Assembly: GCA_020137815.1 (NCBI GenBank)
Contig: CM035353.1
Location: forward strand, 3,472,001 to 3,536,000
Length of the DNA: 64,000 nucleotides
DNA from: Hormiphora californensis
Lineage: Eukaryota; Animalia; Ctenophora
Direction of reading: 5' to 3'
The position numbers and the translations under genes are program-made. The notes beneath the pieces are model-generated. The model did no database searches and was not told the origin of the DNA. It saw only the letters and a program-made list of their open reading frames with translations. Each line of letters opens with the position of its first letter. Position 1 is the stretch's first letter. Shown in pieces: positions 12,001 to 24,153 of the stretch.

Positions 12001-13880
12001 TCAGCCGCTACCAGAGCCCTTGGCGATGGAGACTCTGGAAAAAGCTGCTTTACTGGAGGACCAGGTATTGCAACATTCTTGAATACCGGGCCCTGAACGA
12101 AGATGCACCTTTGAGCCAAGCTTTTGTGGAGTGACGCTCCAGTCAGCATACAAGGTCGTAGCAAGACTCCGGGTAGGACTTGAAATGTGCTGTGCGAGCG
12201 TAATCGGAGGACGTGCATTATTATTCACTCATGACAGGCTGTTTATTACTCTTTCTCAAAATACAGTTACTGGGTTTATTTTTTAGAAACACCTCTCTTC
12301 AACTGCACACAGTGTGTCCCACAAACACGATACAATATTTATTGACACGATACAATATTTATTAACAGGATACAATATTTATTAACGAAAAATAATACAA
12401 TATTTATTAACGAAAAACTTTAACTTCTTTCCACTCTTCTTGGCGCTGTTTTATTTAGTTTTATGGGTATTGCAACTGCAAGGGACTGGGTTCTGGTGAC
12501 TGGGCTGGCATGGAGTCCGCAAGTTCGAAAGTGGTGATCCTATAGGCATTTCTGATCGGCTTTCTAATAATGTAAATGGGTCTATCGAACATTAGGGCAG
12601 TTATAAGATATATATCTGAAACAATATGATCCAATCTGGTTGGGTATTTAAAATGGATCAAAGACTTTGGAAATACAGAACGATATAACAGAAGTAAAGG
12701 AACATTAAATCAATGATATTAACGGATGACATATTTAACGCTAAATTAAACAATTTATGATCATACTTGTAAACGACCAGTTAAATATGACTTACCTTGC
12801 TTGTCGATAAGTATCGGGATAAAAATCACCGGCACTCTTTATTAGTGAATCAGTGAATTATAAATATTAAATATTGGATCCATCACATCATCTTTCTCCG
12901 TTATCATCTCGATCTTCTTTCGAGGGCACGGTTTTAGACTCGATCGTTGGAGCACGCTGTGTCCTGATCCTCCTGTTTTAGAAGGTGAACGTAGCTTTCG
13001 ATTAGATCCAGGTAGTTTCTTGCTTCCGCCGTTCTGATGGACGATTCCTTGTCTGCGGGAAAACACTGTGTTTCCTTATCTTCCGATGTGACGATCCGTA
13101 TCTATAAATATCAACACCTTTGTTTAAAAACCAAACACCCACAAACATTTACAAAACAATTTACAACTATAATAAGTAACATACAAACAATACAACTTAC
13201 AAATGCAACATACAAAAAATAGTCAGGGGTTCCCAATGTATACCTTGTCCCCTGTCATAAAGATAATCCTCAGCACATCTTGCCGAAGAGCAATCATCCC
13301 CATGATGGCACTGCCTAAACAGTCCATCTAGCCCTCTCACCGCTGGTGGCGGGTCATGTCCATCTGGGGGTTTAGGGGGCCCCCCTTTCTTGTTTGGCTT
13401 CATAAAATCGATTCCTTGTCTGCGGGAAAACACTGTGTTTCCTTATCTTCCCTTTAAAGTGCCGGTTGATTGCGGAGACACAGTTGTACACGGTGTTATG
13501 CTTCACTTTTTCGAAGTTTTCCACCAAGAACCTCGACAACACATATTTTAATCGGAGACATCATCAAAGGATGGAAGACTGTTCCACCCTTTTGTTAAAC
13601 TTCTTCAGAGAAATAGGTTGGAACCCCCCCCCCCCCCCCCCCCCGTGTAGTCCGGGATTAACATCCTTAAAGTGTTGTGTTTCGGCTGCTTTGCGGTTTG
13701 CTATCCTCCCTCACCTTCAGAGCTGTGTTAATTCATTGAAATAGGTCGGAAACACTTCCCTTGCGTTCTCCTGCGCATTTTCTGCCACCTTCCGGTTCGA
13801 TTCCCAGATCTCCATTTATTATTATTGAGTATATTGTTTTGCTCTAATGTTGCACCTTTTCGTAAAGGCTTCCTAGCCAG
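12001..13880 (-). pseudogene. Crypton-type tyrosine recombinase remnant 1
   Basis: Core-binding-like segment HPLMMSP/LKYVLSRFLVENFEKVKHNTVYNCVSAINRHFK (13450-13580). ITEKDDVMDPIFNIY (~12870-12905). Catalytic-end-like RSLATTLY...HLRSGPGIQEC (12070-12175). Frameshifted, probably intron-split. Confidence 0.5.
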
Positions 13881-16009
13881 CTGGTGTCGTTCCAATAGTA
13901 TATGATTTATTGAATAAATGTTTGTTGTATGTTCTATTACGAGTAGTACACAAAGTCCAATATTTCTGCTCCCCATAAAACAAGTGTTCCCATGCCCCCT
14001 AGAATGAGTCCCTTATACGGTCTCTCTTGGCATGGCCAGTGCCAATTTCAGTTCTGGTAGTTGTCCACAAGACTCTGTGGGGGTCTTTGGTGTCGTCTTG
14101 AAAAATATCCCCCTCCTAATGAGCCAGTTGTGGAGTACAACTGCCGCCCCAATTCCCAGCTGTGCAGCCTCAACCCGATAGAATTTAAAACAATTGTTTC
14201 CGTCATTGTATTCAAGATTATTAATTGAAACGCAGGACTTCATAATTAAATGAAATAAAAATGTGGTTATAGAACTAAAATAATGTGCTTATAAAATTAA
14301 AATAATGATACAGAATGGGGTATACATGATACAAATGATGGTATAATACCTATATTCGGGGCGTAATAAAAACAACGTAATTACAGTTTGTGGGAATTAC
14401 AGTCTGGTTAGTTCCTCTTGAACTGTAACTTCTTCTGATAGACCGACAGCACTTGAGCCCTCTTTGCTCTTGGTAACTTCACACCTAAAAATGAGGGTGA
14501 AAATTAGAAAGGAGAGGGGAATCAAAGGGGTTACTTTCATGGGTCACTTATAAAAGTTTTTGAATAGGTTTGTTAAGACTATAACAGGGTGGCCCCAGCA
14601 CGGTTTGCTTCAGAGCTGGGTTTTGAGTTTTCATCGAAATAGGTCGGAAACACTTCCCTTGCGTTCTCCTGCACATATTCTGCCACCTTCCGGTACGATT
14701 TCCAGATCTCCATTTATTATTATTAAGTATATATTGTTATGCTCTAATTATGCACCTTTTCGTAAAGGCTTCCTAGCCAGCTGGTGTTGCTTCATATTCC
14801 AATAGTATAGGATTTACTACATCTTTACCATTTTCTCTGGCTCTTTTCCGTTGCAGGTACTCATTCTTCTTATTTTTCAGCCACCTTAAATGTTATGATA
14901 TTTAGGACAGAGGACTGAGGAGACCGAAAGCTTAAACTGTCGTGTGTGTATTTGACACAATTAATGCTCCAACATTCATACACCCTAGGGGTGAAATTAA
15001 TTCAACCGTGTCACACTCACACACAAACTTACACATTTATATACAGGTTCAATAAGATTATATGTAATACTTACTGTTGGCTTTTGGCATGTGGGTCGGC
15101 GTAGTCAAGGTTCCTCGTGTAATGCCTATATTCGGCGTAATAAAAACAACTTAGGGAATTAAAGTTTTGTTCTGCAGAACAAAACTGTAATTCCGATGGG
15201 AATTACACGTTGATGGGAATTACAGTTTGATAGACTTCCGTTTAGTTCCGTTCAAGTATATTGTTTTGCTCTATTGTTGCACCTTTTCGTAAAGGTTTCC
15301 TAGCCAGCTGGTGTTGCTTCATATTCCAATAGTATAGGATTTATTGAATAAATGTTTGTTGTATGTTCTATTACGAGTAGTACACAAAGTCCAATATTTC
15401 TGCTCCCCACAATAGTTTCCTTCATTGTATTCAAGGAGGAATTATTAATTGAAACGTAGGACTTCATTAAATGAAATAAAAAATGTGGTTATAAAATTAT
15501 AAAAATGGGGTTGCCTCGTTAATTGTCTATCATCCTTGATCATACGCCTAACATGACTACTTACTTCGTTTCATTTGGTGGGGAGTTGTGTCGCGGGGAG
15601 GGCTACTGATGGGGTGTGTAGGGCTACTGCCTGCAAGACTATAAGGGCTAACCGGTCGACTGCCTTGAGGGCTAACTTGAAAGTTAGGAGGTTCACTAGT
15701 AACCGGTAGACTGCTGGTGGACTGCCTCGGGGTAATCCTACCAACAACGTTTGGTCTAGTGTCCTCTGATGAGAGGATCGGGCTGGCGGTGGTGGTGATG
15801 ATGGTGCTTGATCGCACCGACCTCGGGGTGCTCGACAACACATCATTTCTGAAGAAATGCTCCCCCTCCTGTTCGCCCTGGCCATAGTTTCCGGTTGAAA
15901 TCATGGGTGCCAAATTTTACACAAGCCAACAAATGGTAATTGAGATGCGCAACTGCTACTAGGTAAACTGTTCCATGCGCTACACAAAGCTCAATTCATT
16001 TCTACCTCG

Positions 16010-16480
16010 CCTAACAGGCAGTAACTCGATTTATTATCAACAAGTCCCATGTGTCTCCCCTTACTGTCTTGGGATATGTGGAATAAATTCCCATACACGT
16101 CAATGCATTCATTATTACATGTACACCGCAATCGTCACAATTCAACTGGCACTGCTTCAAAATGCACTCTTCCATCAAAATGAAGATTTTGTAATATTGA
16201 GGAAATATCAACTAGTCCTGGGAGTCAATCACGAACAGTACATTCTCCGCCACGAAACTCCAGCAATATCCAATGGTTCTTGTGACAGGTAAAAGGCTCA
16301 CTATGTCCGAGTTATTCCGTCGATTGATAATCTCCTTCTGTTCTGAAGCCCATTTAGGCACAGCACAGATGTCCTCCTTTTAGTATATCTCAGTGATGTT
16401 GTTGATACCTCCTAGTTGGTCGTTGTACACTATAACGGCACTCCTTTTATTGCTACCAAACTCCACAAGTGGCTGTGTGA
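16010..16480 (-). pseudogene. Ulp1/SENP-like (C48, clan CE) cysteine protease copy A
   Basis: KNHWILLEFRGGECTVRD*LPG ... QLNCDDCGVHVIMNA shows the His-Asp-Gln-Cys order of Ulp1, with a stop and a frameshift. Confidence 0.75.
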
Positions 16481-17239
16481 GTTCTTGTCCATATAGAGTG
16501 CTTATATCCTTTTCACTCCAGTTGAGAACTTCAGGCCTGAACTGGTGCAAAATATGCTACAGTTCGGTATCTATTATTAATATATTTCTCTTACATAAAA
16601 CCAGGAACACTGGCAGAAAGTAGTATATATTTAAATCCACTTACTTTAAAAATTGGTTGTACTGCAACCGTTACTTTAGGTAGAAGGTATGGAGTTGATG
16701 GTGTGTGCTCTTGCATGCAGCCATGGCCCCACCAAATGGCCTTTCTTATAACTTCAGGTAGCACATTCGGCTTTTCTTTGGGCTTGCCAGTGGTAACCCT
16801 CTTTATAACCCTCTTCATAATAATAATAACATGTTGTTTGTTGCCAAAGTGTTGATAACATTTATCGGAATTTTTCAGCAAAGACAATGCTGTCTATTCT
16901 TTGCTCAATTCATTTCTACCTCGCCTACCAACGACGCCTACCTCGCCTACCAACGACTCCTACCAACGACGATTGGTCTAGTGTCCTCTGATGAGAGGAT
17001 CGGGCTGGCGGTGGTGGTGGTGATGATGGTGCTTGATCGCACCGACTTCGGGGTGCTCGACAACATATCATTTCTGAAGAAATGCTCCCCCTCCTGTTCG
17101 CCCTGGCCATAGTTTCCGGTTGAAATCATGGGTGCCAAATTTTACACAAGCCAACACATGGTAATTGAGATGCGGAACTAACTACTAAGTAAACTGTTCC
17201 ATGCGCTACACAAAGCTCAATTCATTTCTACCTCGCATA

Positions 17240-17800
17240 ACAAGCAGTAATTCGATTCATTATCAACAAGTCCCATGTGTCTCCCCTTACTGTCTTGGGA
17301 TATGTGGAATAAATTCCCATGCCCCTCAATGCATTCATTATTACATGTACACCGCAATCGTCAGAATTCAACTGAACAGGCACTGCGTCAAAATGCACTC
17401 TTCCATCAAAATGAAGATTTTGTAATATTGAGGAAATATCAACTAGTCCTGGGAGTCAATCACGAACAGTACATTCTTCGCCACGAAATTATATCCAAAT
17501 ATGGTTCTTGTGACAGATAAAAGGCTCACTATGTCCGAGTTATTCCGTCCATTGATAATCTCCTTCTGTTCTGAAGCCCATTCAGGCACAGCACATATGT
17601 CCTCATTTTCGTATATATATGAAAATGTGATTTGATTAATAGTTGTCAATTTATTTCCCTTATTAAATATTAAGGAACGGACGGTTATTTTCTATTAGCT
17701 TACCAGATACTCTGGGTGGGTCAGCGATGTTGTTGATACCTCCTAGTTGGTCGTTGTATACTATAACGGCACTCCTTTTATTGCTACCAAACTCCACAAG
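17240..17800 (-). pseudogene. Ulp1/SENP-like protease copy B
   Basis: Paralog of copy A (VPVQLNSDDCGVHVIMNAL), with a ~105-bp insertion at ~17620-17725. Confidence 0.75.
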
Positions 17801-17974
17801 TGGCTGTGTGAGTTCTTGTCCATATAAGAGTCCTTTTCATTCCAGTTGAGAACTTCAGGCCTGGACTTTCTGGTGCAAAATAATCTACAGTTCGGTATCT
17901 ATTATTAATATATTTCTCTTACATAAAACCAGGTACACTGGCAAGAAAGTAGTATTTATTTAAATCCACTTACT

Positions 17975-18255
17975 TTGAAAATTGGTTGTACTGCAACTGT
18001 TTGTTTCCATAAGGCAGCGCCTGCTTCAACGAGGAGGAGAATGACATTGGACTTATATAAAGTTTCCTTGACCTTGCGCAACCCGAGTTGAGTTTTCCTC
18101 TCACGTCTCCTCAGCTGTGCTATGAGTCGTCGGATAAGCGTAACCAGTTCCTCCAGAGAAGGGTTGTATGACGGTGCAAGAACTGTCTGTGTGGAGGCAT
18201 CCGTGGTTCCAGTCTCGTCACTTAAAATTTTCTCTAGTTCAGAAACCAGATCCAT
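17975..18255 (-). pseudogene. Coiled-coil exon upstream of the Ulp1-like copy
   Basis: MDLVSELEKILSDE...LEELVTLIRRLIAQLRRRERK..., ending at a GTAAGT donor. Its 3' end is duplicated at 20836-20910. Confidence 0.45.
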
Positions 18256-18450
18256 CCTGGAGGAAGAATGGGTGATAATATTTAAATAGGATCATTTTCA
18301 ATTATATGTATGTTAGTATGATATACTTAGAGTGGCCACCTAACCACCCCTAGACCCCCTATTTTTAGGTAGTTACATGTATAACAATTTTCTTTCGAAG
18401 CGAACGTTAAACATAATACCCTTATTATTGTATGCTAAGCTACAAAACTA

Positions 18451-19354
18451 TTAGGCTGTCCAGTATTGATTGTCGTTGGGCTTTTATGAGACAATGGTTT
18501 GAGATAAAGCAAAATGGACTTCACCACCGTTTTTCTCACGCGATTTTGGATCGGAATATCATGCTTGGTATCGGTATGTGGCCGTTCTCGGTTCCCAGCA
18601 GGCTATTTTCTCTACCCCACTCCTCTTGCCGCTGCATTTGGAAAATCGCGATTTTTGAGTTTTAGTACTAAAGCTGCTGTACTTCTTAAAAATGGTACCG
18701 GAGTGATGTTTTTTTGCATCAAGCTTGTTCATTGGACAATTACCTATCGTTCAAGATGTAATAAAACATCCTATCTTTATTTTGTCACTGAGCAATGGGC
18801 CTCCAAAAAGTTTTGGTAAAAATTAGAAACGTTCACTTCCGGGTCTCATCAGGATTGGCTTATAATAAAAAACTTTGTAGTAAAAGATAGTTCTAAGTAA
18901 GTTCTAAGACGTAGTGAAGCCAATTATGTGATTGATTGACTTTTAAAGTGACCAATTGACGTTTTTGAACATGTCCCCAAAACGGGCCAAACTTTTTCGC
19001 TTTTTCATGTTACATTTACTGTTTTAGAGGTTATTAGTGAACGCGTAAAGACCCGAATCGCATACATACCTCATCCTTAGACGATTTTCAATCGATTGAG
19101 CACTACGGGAGCTAAAGAAACTGTACCAGTTTTCTTCCAGCAGCGTTTAAAAAACATTGGTAACCCCATGCAGCGGCAACAAGAGTGGCGTAGAGAAAAT
19201 AGCCTGCTGGGAACCGAGAACGGCCACATACCGATACCAAGCATGATATTCCGATCTAAAATCGCGTGAGAAAAACGGTGGTGAAGTCCATTTTGCTCTA
19301 TCTCAAACCATTTTTCCATAAAAGCCCAACGACAATCAATACTGGACAGCCTAA
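18451..19354. mobile_element. Non-autonomous TIR element (~185-bp TIRs, TA-flanked)
   Basis: 18451-18637 is an inverted copy of 19168-19354 (TTAGGCTGTCCAGTATTG...). This explains the mirrored ORFs 18432+ and 19077-. Confidence 0.85.
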
Positions 19355-19728
19355 TATTATTGCAAATGTTCGAGGACAAGTATCAGATTGCCACATAATA
19401 ATTGTACACCAGAGTCCACTTGCTGTACGCATTAGTGGATCTGTCGGCTTCTCCTGCCTATTCTTTTAACTGATGGAGCACAGCCATCATAACCGTTACC
19501 AGGTAGAAGGTTCGGGGTTGATGGTGTGTGCTCTTGCATGCAGCCATGGCCCCACCGAATGGCACCTTTGCCTTTCTTATAACTCTTAGGTAGCACATTT
19601 AGTTCTTCATATCTCTGAACATGTTGTTCGTTGCCAAATTGTTGATGACATTCAACGGATTTTTGTCAGCAAAGACAATGCTGTCTAGTCTTTGCTTCTT
19701 TTTCCTCGTCGGTGATCGACGACATCTC

Positions 19729-20080
19729 TCAATCAATCACTGGTAGTCCTGGGAGTGAATCACGAACAGTGCATTCTCCGCCACGAGACTCTAGCAATAT
19801 CCAATGGTTCTTGTTGCAGACAGGTAAAAGGCTCACCATGTCCGCGTCATGCCGCCCATTGATAATCTCCTTCTGTTCTGAAGCCCATTCAGGCACAGCA
19901 CAGATGTCCTCCTTTTCGTATATCTCAGCGAGGTTATTGATAGCTCCTAGTTGGTCGTTGTACACTATAACGGCACTCCTTTTATTGCTACCAAACTCCA
20001 CAAGTGGCTGTGTGAGTTCTTATGCCTATATCCTTTTCACTCCAGTTGAGAACTTCAGGCCTGAACTTTCTGGTGCAAAA
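19729..20080 (-). pseudogene. Ulp1/SENP-like protease copy C (N-terminal half, intact His and Asp motifs)
   Basis: LLPVCNKNHWILLESRGGECTVRDSLPG, truncated before the Gln/Cys motifs. Confidence 0.75.
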
Positions 20081-20189
20081 TAATCTACAGTTCGGTATCT
20101 ATTATTAATATATTTCTCTTTAGCATAAAACCAGGCACACTAGTTTGGCAGAAAGTAATATACTATTATATATTAAATCCACTTACTTT

Positions 20190-20836
20190 AACAAGAATTA
20201 TTGCATTATGTATTCATAATGCGGTGTTTCCCTGCCCCAGATGGGTTCAAAATTGATGACTAGGCTTAAAAACTGGATTTCCCGATGAATTTTGCACTCA
20301 AAGAGCAATTTTTGGCCGATACGATGTTAGTTGCTATGGTATCCAGGGTGGTTGCTATGGTAATCAAAGCAGTTGCTATGGTAACCAAGCCAGTTGCTAT
20401 GATAACTAAGACAGCTGTTGCTTAGGAGACCCTAGTTAATTACCAAACGATTCAACTTTACCCCATCTTAACTCCAGTCACTTACAATAATTTTGTGATA
20501 GTAGTTTCATGCTTGGAAGACTTGCTTCCACGTCATGGTACGGCTGTAGGGTACCCAAAGTGATTTCGGGTGAAAATAGGAAGTGTTACGAGTGAGTAAT
20601 TGCGCACCACAATGCGTGTTAATCATTTTCTTTGTTGCATCAACAAAGTGTGAGCTGATAGTTTTATGAAGGAGCAGACTTTGTTACTATGTGTAACGGT
20701 GGACGGACGGACGGACACTTTTAGTTAACTACACAATCTGCTGATTTCTAAACCCTGAATGATCTTTTTAGCACGTGCGTGCTAAAAAGATCATCCCGGG
20801 TGATTGCCTTCGGCAATCACCCGGGCAGGGAAAAAA
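20190..20836 (+). mobile_element. Helentron-associated (HINE/DINE-like) non-autonomous element
   Basis: Starts AACAAGAATT, has subterminal IR TTCCCTGCCC...GGGCAGGGAA, (GGAC)n, and two 3' hairpins (20761-20825). No clear TSD versus the empty sites at ~16640 and ~17970. Sister copy at 33492. Confidence 0.7.
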
Positions 20837-20941
20837 TTGGTTGTACTGCAACTGTTTGTTTCCATAAGGCAGCGCCTGCTTCAACGAGGAGGAGAATGAC
20901 ATTGGACTTAGATATAAAATAGTATGTATGATGAAGTTGTA

Positions 20942-21590
20942 TTAGATGGGTATATGTCTGGTTCTGGATGGATTTCCTTGTCCCTGTGCGGGGCCCTGGG
21001 TTGAACTTGGCATGGGGTGGAGGACATACCTTGGAAACCAGGGCTGGGCAAATTTGTTTAACAGCTCTCTTTTCGATTTTGCTTTAGCCAGCGTCCTCAA
21101 TCGGTTCCCTTTCTTGAGCGATCGGTCCAACTTCCTGGTGATATAAGAGTATAAAGTTCTGTTCTTGCTGAATCTTATACAGTCAGCAGCTACAAAAAAG
21201 TTCAGCTCGAAAAGCCTCACTCACTATCGAAGTTAAAAAACCCCTTACATGAATACAGCCTCCTCCTTCATATTGCATTGAGGATGTCCTTAGGATCAAT
21301 TGTGTGCAGGCTCTTATATTGACGTTTCTCTGGAGGTCCGCTCGATGTCCATGCATTGGTAGAGTGGCATTTTCAGGAAAGTAGTCCCTCAATGGCTTTA
21401 CCATTCAACTGCAGGGGTAAGGTTGTCTATCAATAACCGAGATACGATAACTTCAAAGGAAATACGGTCTTGATTCTTACCAGAGTATCCTTGAGTGAAA
21501 TAAAGATTTGGTTCGTTTAATTTTGTTGGCAGACGATTTGTGTTTAGCTCATCCGCGTCAACGTACAAAGGAACACGCATCCTCCTTTTG
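20942..21590 (-). pseudogene. Frameshifted uncharacterised ORF (possibly the C-terminus of a mobile-element polyprotein)
   Basis: Three abutting minus-strand ORFs (21398-21580, 21183-21404, 20942-21220) join into one protein-like sequence. No diagnostic motif recognised. Confidence 0.35.
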
Positions 21591-22610
21591 AGTGTGTTCT
21601 GGGGGGTAGGGGTCTGGTGTTAGTTTTGTGGGGTTGGGGAGGGGGGGTTCGTTGGCTATGAGTGTAGAGAAGTTATTAGTTATCAACAGGGTTCTGTTTC
21701 TATTCTACTTACGAATCCCTTGCTTGTTTCATTCTGGCCAAAGAGATGGTGGGAGGAGACTCTCTCCTGGTCGACCAATTATCAGATCCGGGGTGATATA
21801 GGAATCCATCCTCGTTGATATCCCCCTTTTCCTGATCTTCTTCTTTCCTGTGGGAGAGACCCGGGTATCTGGTCAGGTCTGGCCTGGTCTGGGTATCTGG
21901 TCTGGCGTGGCCTGGTCCGGGTATCTGGTCTGGGTATTTGGTCCAGGATGATAACGCCGTGTTCCATCTCGCCAAGCAAAAAGCTGATATTGTCCTTTTC
22001 TTTCGAAGTTACAGGGCGGCCGGATGTATCCAGTGGAATAGAGAGACTTACAAGGGTAGAATTGGGTTAGTGAACGGTACATGTATCAACCATGGGTGGG
22101 CCTCACGCTTCTCCAAATGTCCTAACCGCACGTGATGATCAGTATGTGGTTTATGCTGCCTTGTCCCCTCGGCGTTGTGCCCATATTTACAACCTTTTAT
22201 CCCAACATGTACACCTCTCACGCCCCTCAGCTCACGGCCAATAGAAGTTCGAACAATAGAACCTAATCAGATCATCAAGTGCATTATTATGCTTACCCTC
22301 ACCCATGTTTTCAGTCGGAGTCGATAGCACGGGCGTGTCAGTTATTTGTCAGCAGATACAATATGTCACCTGATCATCTTCCCTCCCTGGAGTTTGTTAT
22401 CATGAGGAAAATGGGGCTCGAGGAGGAATTGGATTAATACCGTTTACAGTTACCATAGTCCTGATACTTTCTGAGAAGGAAGGATATTGGCGATATGCCA
22501 TCTTAAAACTGTTGATTTCTAAACTAAACTTCGATTTTGGGGAAATATCTCGGTGTATTTGATTGACACTGCCGTGCCTGTTTTAGTTGATCGATAGGTA
22601 GCAACTTCTA

Positions 22611-22648
<38 letters not shown>

Positions 22649-22789
22649 TATGGGTTCATTCCAAGAGGACTTGGGAATCCAGTTGAACAGCCACAATTGG
22701 AACTTCTTCGTCAATTCAAGGACATTTTGTGATGTGAACTGTCCCGGGTCCCCTTCTCCTTACAATGAAGGACAACTCACAACACCATA

Positions 22790-23949
22790 TTTGTGTTGCA
22801 AATACTGAGGAGAGTGATAGGATGGTGATAGAATTGGAGCGATTCGACACTCCTGACCTGCATTTCCATCCTATGTTCAATAGAACGGAGGAGTATCTTT
22901 TTGTCGTAGTGAGCGATTATGAAATGGGTGATCTAAAGTTCATGGAACGATAAGTCCATGATGATTTTGTTGATATCCTGCTCTGTGATCATACGTGCCA
23001 GATTTAGGAGACAGTAAGCAGTAAGCTCCACCCTCTTTCCGATTTCTGAGGGGGGAGATTTAGTATTGGATAAAGTAAAAGTGATGGAGTGGTATTTGTC
23101 TTAATGCGGAGTGTGTTTTGCATTGTGGTATAGTATGAGATGGTGGTAATGATTCCTCCCGTGCCCAGTGCTGGCCCTGATGGGTTTTCCTGTTGCCACA
23201 ATAAAGGTATCCGTTATAGGCGGCCTGCCGTACACCTTTAGCCCCAGTCAGGAGTTTAAGGGAGGATGTCGCTGGCAATCACATTGCAATCACTGATGTG
23301 CTGATTGAATCAGCACATTGGTCGGCCGGATGACCCATGTTAGTCCCGATACTCTTAGTTATAACGTCGGCATCCTCCTCATGGTAAGGTACTGTCGGAC
23401 TATAATTATCTCGTTGAGAACATGGCCTGCTCCATGTTCTATCCTCCAGTTTAACTTGATGTTAGAATAGACCTGTGTGAAAAATATGGTAATTTAGAGT
23501 AGTAAAATAAAGATATATTCAAAGAAATTCAGAGTAATACCGTGAAATATATTGTTTTTTGTTTTACCTTGAAATAGATTCCTACAATGAAAACTGCCAA
23601 CAACGGGATATCCATACCGTACCCTATTCCTTAATTTAATTGGTTTTTGGTACTAGCTAGTAGCTACCATCCTATTGTTTTGAGACCCAACCTTGGCGCC
23701 TTCCTCTTGTTTTCTCGCAAGCCTCATCATAAGTGACAAAGCAATGATCTATATGTAATTAGGTCATCAGATATCCATAGCTCTATTATAGATTGTATAC
23801 TGCACTTTAAGCAGCGAACCTCCCCACCCAGACTTCGTATTAGCTCGGGTTGAAGTAGGTATTGTAGATGCAACAAATTCGCTAATCTGTTCATCAGTGG
23901 GCAGTGTAGAGGTGGTGTGAGGTGCATAATTCCGTCGTGACGGTGGCAT
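22790..23949 (-). pseudogene. Crypton-type (DUF3504-like) tyrosine recombinase remnant 2, intron-containing
   Basis: Motifs in expected order: TDEQISEFVASTIPTSTRANTKS; F*HQVKLEDRTWSRPCS; KTHQG (~23175-23189); HNRSLR (~22905-22922); RSVESLQFYHHP (~22820-22856). Multiple frameshifts. Confidence 0.65.
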
Positions 23950-24153
23950 ATCTCTAAGATATAGTGAGAGATAACTGTGATCGAGGGTTTTACTAGTTAC
24001 GGTAATGCGTTACAGTTGCTCCACTACAAGCGACAGCAGTGTAGCATCAAGATGCTCACCTATCGATATAAGTACAGTCACATCGTTAAATTCTTTGCTA
24101 TAACAGCATATATCTGAGTTGCATTTACTTGACAAAAATATAATTTTTGTGTT

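Larger units (their letters stand above)
4000..23960 (-). mobile_element. Mosaic island of decayed co-oriented mobile-element ORFs (Crypton-type YR x2, Ulp1-like protease x3, BEN, coiled-coil/Cys-rich ORFs)
   Basis: Recognisable ORF remnants all lie on the minus strand and carry stops/frameshifts. Many internal duplications (5395-5710~6090-6380; 7965-8240~11230-11610; 13735-13975~14635-14815~15255-15410; 15730-16880~16960-17990). Boundaries are approximate. Confidence 0.55.

Noticed and set aside
14905-14941. Minimal hammerhead ribozyme (CTGAGGA-GACC-GAAAGCTTA, GACAG/CTGTC)
   Set aside because: Stem II cannot form, stem I is not adjacent to the core, no second copy was seen and no Penelope RT was recognised.
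18432-19379. Duplicated convergent small proteins
   Set aside because: They are translations of the two TIRs of one element.
15900-20080. Polinton/adenoviral protease (adenain)
   Set aside because: The motifs fit Ulp1 better, and no pPolB, capsid or packaging ATPase was recognised.
22655-22760. Integrase-like DPGQFTS motif
   Set aside because: Isolated match with no other rve motifs; it lies just downstream of the YR remnant.
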